A stretch of DNA of 64,000 nucleotides from an uncultured delta proteobacterium (lineage in GTDB: Bacteria > Myxococcota_A > Polyangia > Haliangiales > Haliangiaceae), in contig CAWKDB010000002.1 in assembly GCA_963848295.1 (NCBI GenBank), forward strand, positions 1,376,001 through 1,440,000, in the 5' to 3' direction. The stretch's first letter is position 1. Each line of letters opens with the position of its first letter. This document shows positions 62,436 through 64,000 of this stretch, piece after piece. The translations under genes were made by a program, and so were the position numbers. The notes under the pieces were generated by a model that did not search any database, was not told where the DNA came from, and was given only the letters and a program-made list of their open reading frames with translations.

Positions 62436-63109
62436 TGCTCGACCGGCGCGAGATCACGATCGCCGGCTTGCGCGCGATCGACATCGGCCCGCCCGATGCG
62501 GCGCTGTGCGTGCTCGTGCTGCACGGCCGCGAGATGGGCGCCGACGATCTCGCGCCGTTCGCGCAGGCGCTCGGCGTGTCCGCGCGGTTCGTGTTCCCCG
62601 ACGGTCCGCTGCCCGGCGTGACCCGCGCGCGGTCGTGGTGGCCGATCGACTCCGAAGCGCGCGCCCGCCGGCTGCAAGGCGGAGCCATGGAGCTCGCCGA
62701 GACCGATCCGACCGGTCGTGCCGAGGCGCGAGCCCTGCTCGGCGAGCTGCGGGCCGCGGTCGCGCCTCCCGCCGCGCGCGTCGCGGTCGTCGGGTTCTCG
62801 CAAGGCGGCATGCTCGCGATGGACTACGCGCTCCACGCCGAGCGGCCGCCCGATGCGATCGCGTTGCTGTCGTCGTCGCGCATCGCGTTCTCCCAATGGC
62901 AGCCGCGGCTACCGGCGCTGCGCGGCGTGCCGATGCTCGTCGCGCACGGCCATGCCGATGCCGAGCTCGCGTTCTCCGCCGGTGAGCGCTTGCGCGATGC
63001 CGCGATCGAGGGCGGCGCCGACGTCACCTGGCTCGAATTCGAAGGCGCGCACGAGATTCCGCTCGTCGTGTGGCGCGCGGTGCGCCGGCTGTTGCGCCCG
63101 CTGGCGTAA
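62435..63109 (+). CDS. Phospholipase/carboxylesterase-type alpha/beta hydrolase
   Basis: VLHG, GFSQGG, AHGHAD, FEGAHEIP. Confidence 0.85.
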   Translation: MLDRREITIAGLRAIDIGPPDAALCVLVLHGREMGADDLAPFAQALGVSARFVFPDGPLPGVTRARSWWPIDSEARARRLQGGAMELAETDPTGRAEARALLGELRAAVAPPAARVAVVGFSQGGMLAMDYALHAERPPDAIALLSSSRIAFSQWQPRLPALRGVPMLVAHGHADAELAFSAGERLRDAAIEGGADVTWLEFEGAHEIPLVVWRAVRRLLRPLA

Positions 63110-63124
63110 GTCCCGTACGCTGTA

Positions 63125-64000
63125 GTGACGTTGCGCGCGCAGACCGCAGCAAGCCCGATCTTCTTCGGCCCGACGCGCGAGCTGTTCGCGTTCTATCACG
63201 CGCCGCTCGCCGCGCAGCGCGCGGGCTCGATCGTGCTGTGCCCACCGCACGGCTGGGACTTCGAGGCGACGTATCGCGCGTACGGGGACCTCGCCGAACG
63301 TCTCGCGCTCGCCGGCTTCGCGGTGCTGCGGTTTCACTACGACGGCACCGGCAACTCGTCGGGCGCGGATCACGACCCGGACCGGCTGCACACCTGGTGC
63401 GCCGATCTCGTCCACGCGGTCGAGGAAGTCCGCGCGCGCAGCGGCGAGCACGCGGTCAGCCTGTTCGGCGTGCGGATCGGCGGGCTCGTCGCGGCGCTGA
63501 CCGCGCCGAAGCTCGATGGCCTCAGCGCGATGGTGCTATGGGCGCCGACGATCGCCGGCAAGACCTACGTCCGCGAGCTCAAGGCGATGCGGCTCATCAA
63601 CCCGAACGAGTCGATCCTGACCGGCAAGGTGCAGGGCGGCGAAGAGGCCGGCGGGTTCATGTTGTCGGCCGAGACCGTCGCGGCGCTCGGGGCGGTCAAG
63701 CTGCTCGACACGCCGATCGGCGCGAAGCGCTACCTCGTGCTCGGCCGCGACGATCTGCCGCGCGGCGACGAGAAGTTCCTAGCGCACCTCGCCGCGGGCG
63801 GCGCCGAGGTCACCGCGGTCGACGTCCCCGGCTATCAAGCGATGATGGTCGATCCGCTCGAGTCGGTGATCCCGAGCGCGGCCTGGGATCGCGTCGTCGA
63901 GTATCTGTCCGACGTCCATCCGCTCGCCGAGCCGCCGCACGGTCGCGCGCTCGCCCCGACCGTCGCCGATGCTGCCTCGCAGGTGCGCATGGACGCCGGC
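63125..64000 (+). CDS. Alpha/beta hydrolase-like protein with GxRxG elbow (partial, runs off window)
   Basis: Manual translation: MTLRAQTAASPIFFGPTRELFAFYHAP..IVLCPPHG..LAERLALAGFAVLRFHYDGTGNSSG..SLFGVRIGGL..VLWAP. Confidence 0.75.
   Translation, partial: MTLRAQTAASPIFFGPTRELFAFYHAPLAAQRAGSIVLCPPHGWDFEATYRAYGDLAERLALAGFAVLRFHYDGTGNSSGADHDPDRLHTWCADLVHAVEEVRARSGEHAVSLFGVRIGGLVAALTAPKLDGLSAMVLWAPTIAGKTYVRELKAMRLINPNESILTGKVQGGEEAGGFMLSAETVAALGAVKLLDTPIGAKRYLVLGRDDLPRGDEKFLAHLAAGGAEVTAVDVPGYQAMMVDPLESVIPSAAWDRVVEYLSDVHPLAEPPHGRALAPTVADAASQVRMDAG

Overview
High-GC window from what looks like a myxobacterium (inferred from many Cys-rich lipoproteins, TSP3-OmpA, a long TPR protein, RCC1/FG-GAP repeats and a Ser/Thr pseudokinase). 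Many single-base frameshifts at 18.3-22.2 kb and 47-52 kb are most likely assembly errors. Contents in order: (1-17 kb) OsmC, pirin, TPR protein, secreted/lipoproteins, OmpA, a Baeyer-Villiger monooxygenase and a CoA ligase/citryl-CoA lyase-like/GST/VOC operon; (17-26 kb) a reductive pyrimidine catabolism cluster whose dehydrogenase resembles plant PYD1 and has no PreT partner nearby; (26-45 kb) an accessory region with a Cys-repeat protein, tandem lipoproteins, a complete IS4 with a 9-bp TSD, a signal-peptide-bearing Rhs/YD protein behind a PsbP/DcrB-like lipoprotein, an FG-GAP protein and an IS3-like element interrupted by a second IS; (45-48 kb) a ParE toxin-antitoxin cassette between two diverged copies of the 3' end of an NCS1 permease gene; (48-56 kb) mdtABC; (56-64 kb) an orphan carrier-protein cluster (acyl-CoA dehydrogenase, amino acid:carrier protein ligase, DUF1839-like protein, AcpS, ACP, GH2, two alpha/beta hydrolases) running off the window. 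The best candidates for undescribed systems are that last cluster and the Sec-type Rhs locus. All family assignments come from motif recognition, not database searches.
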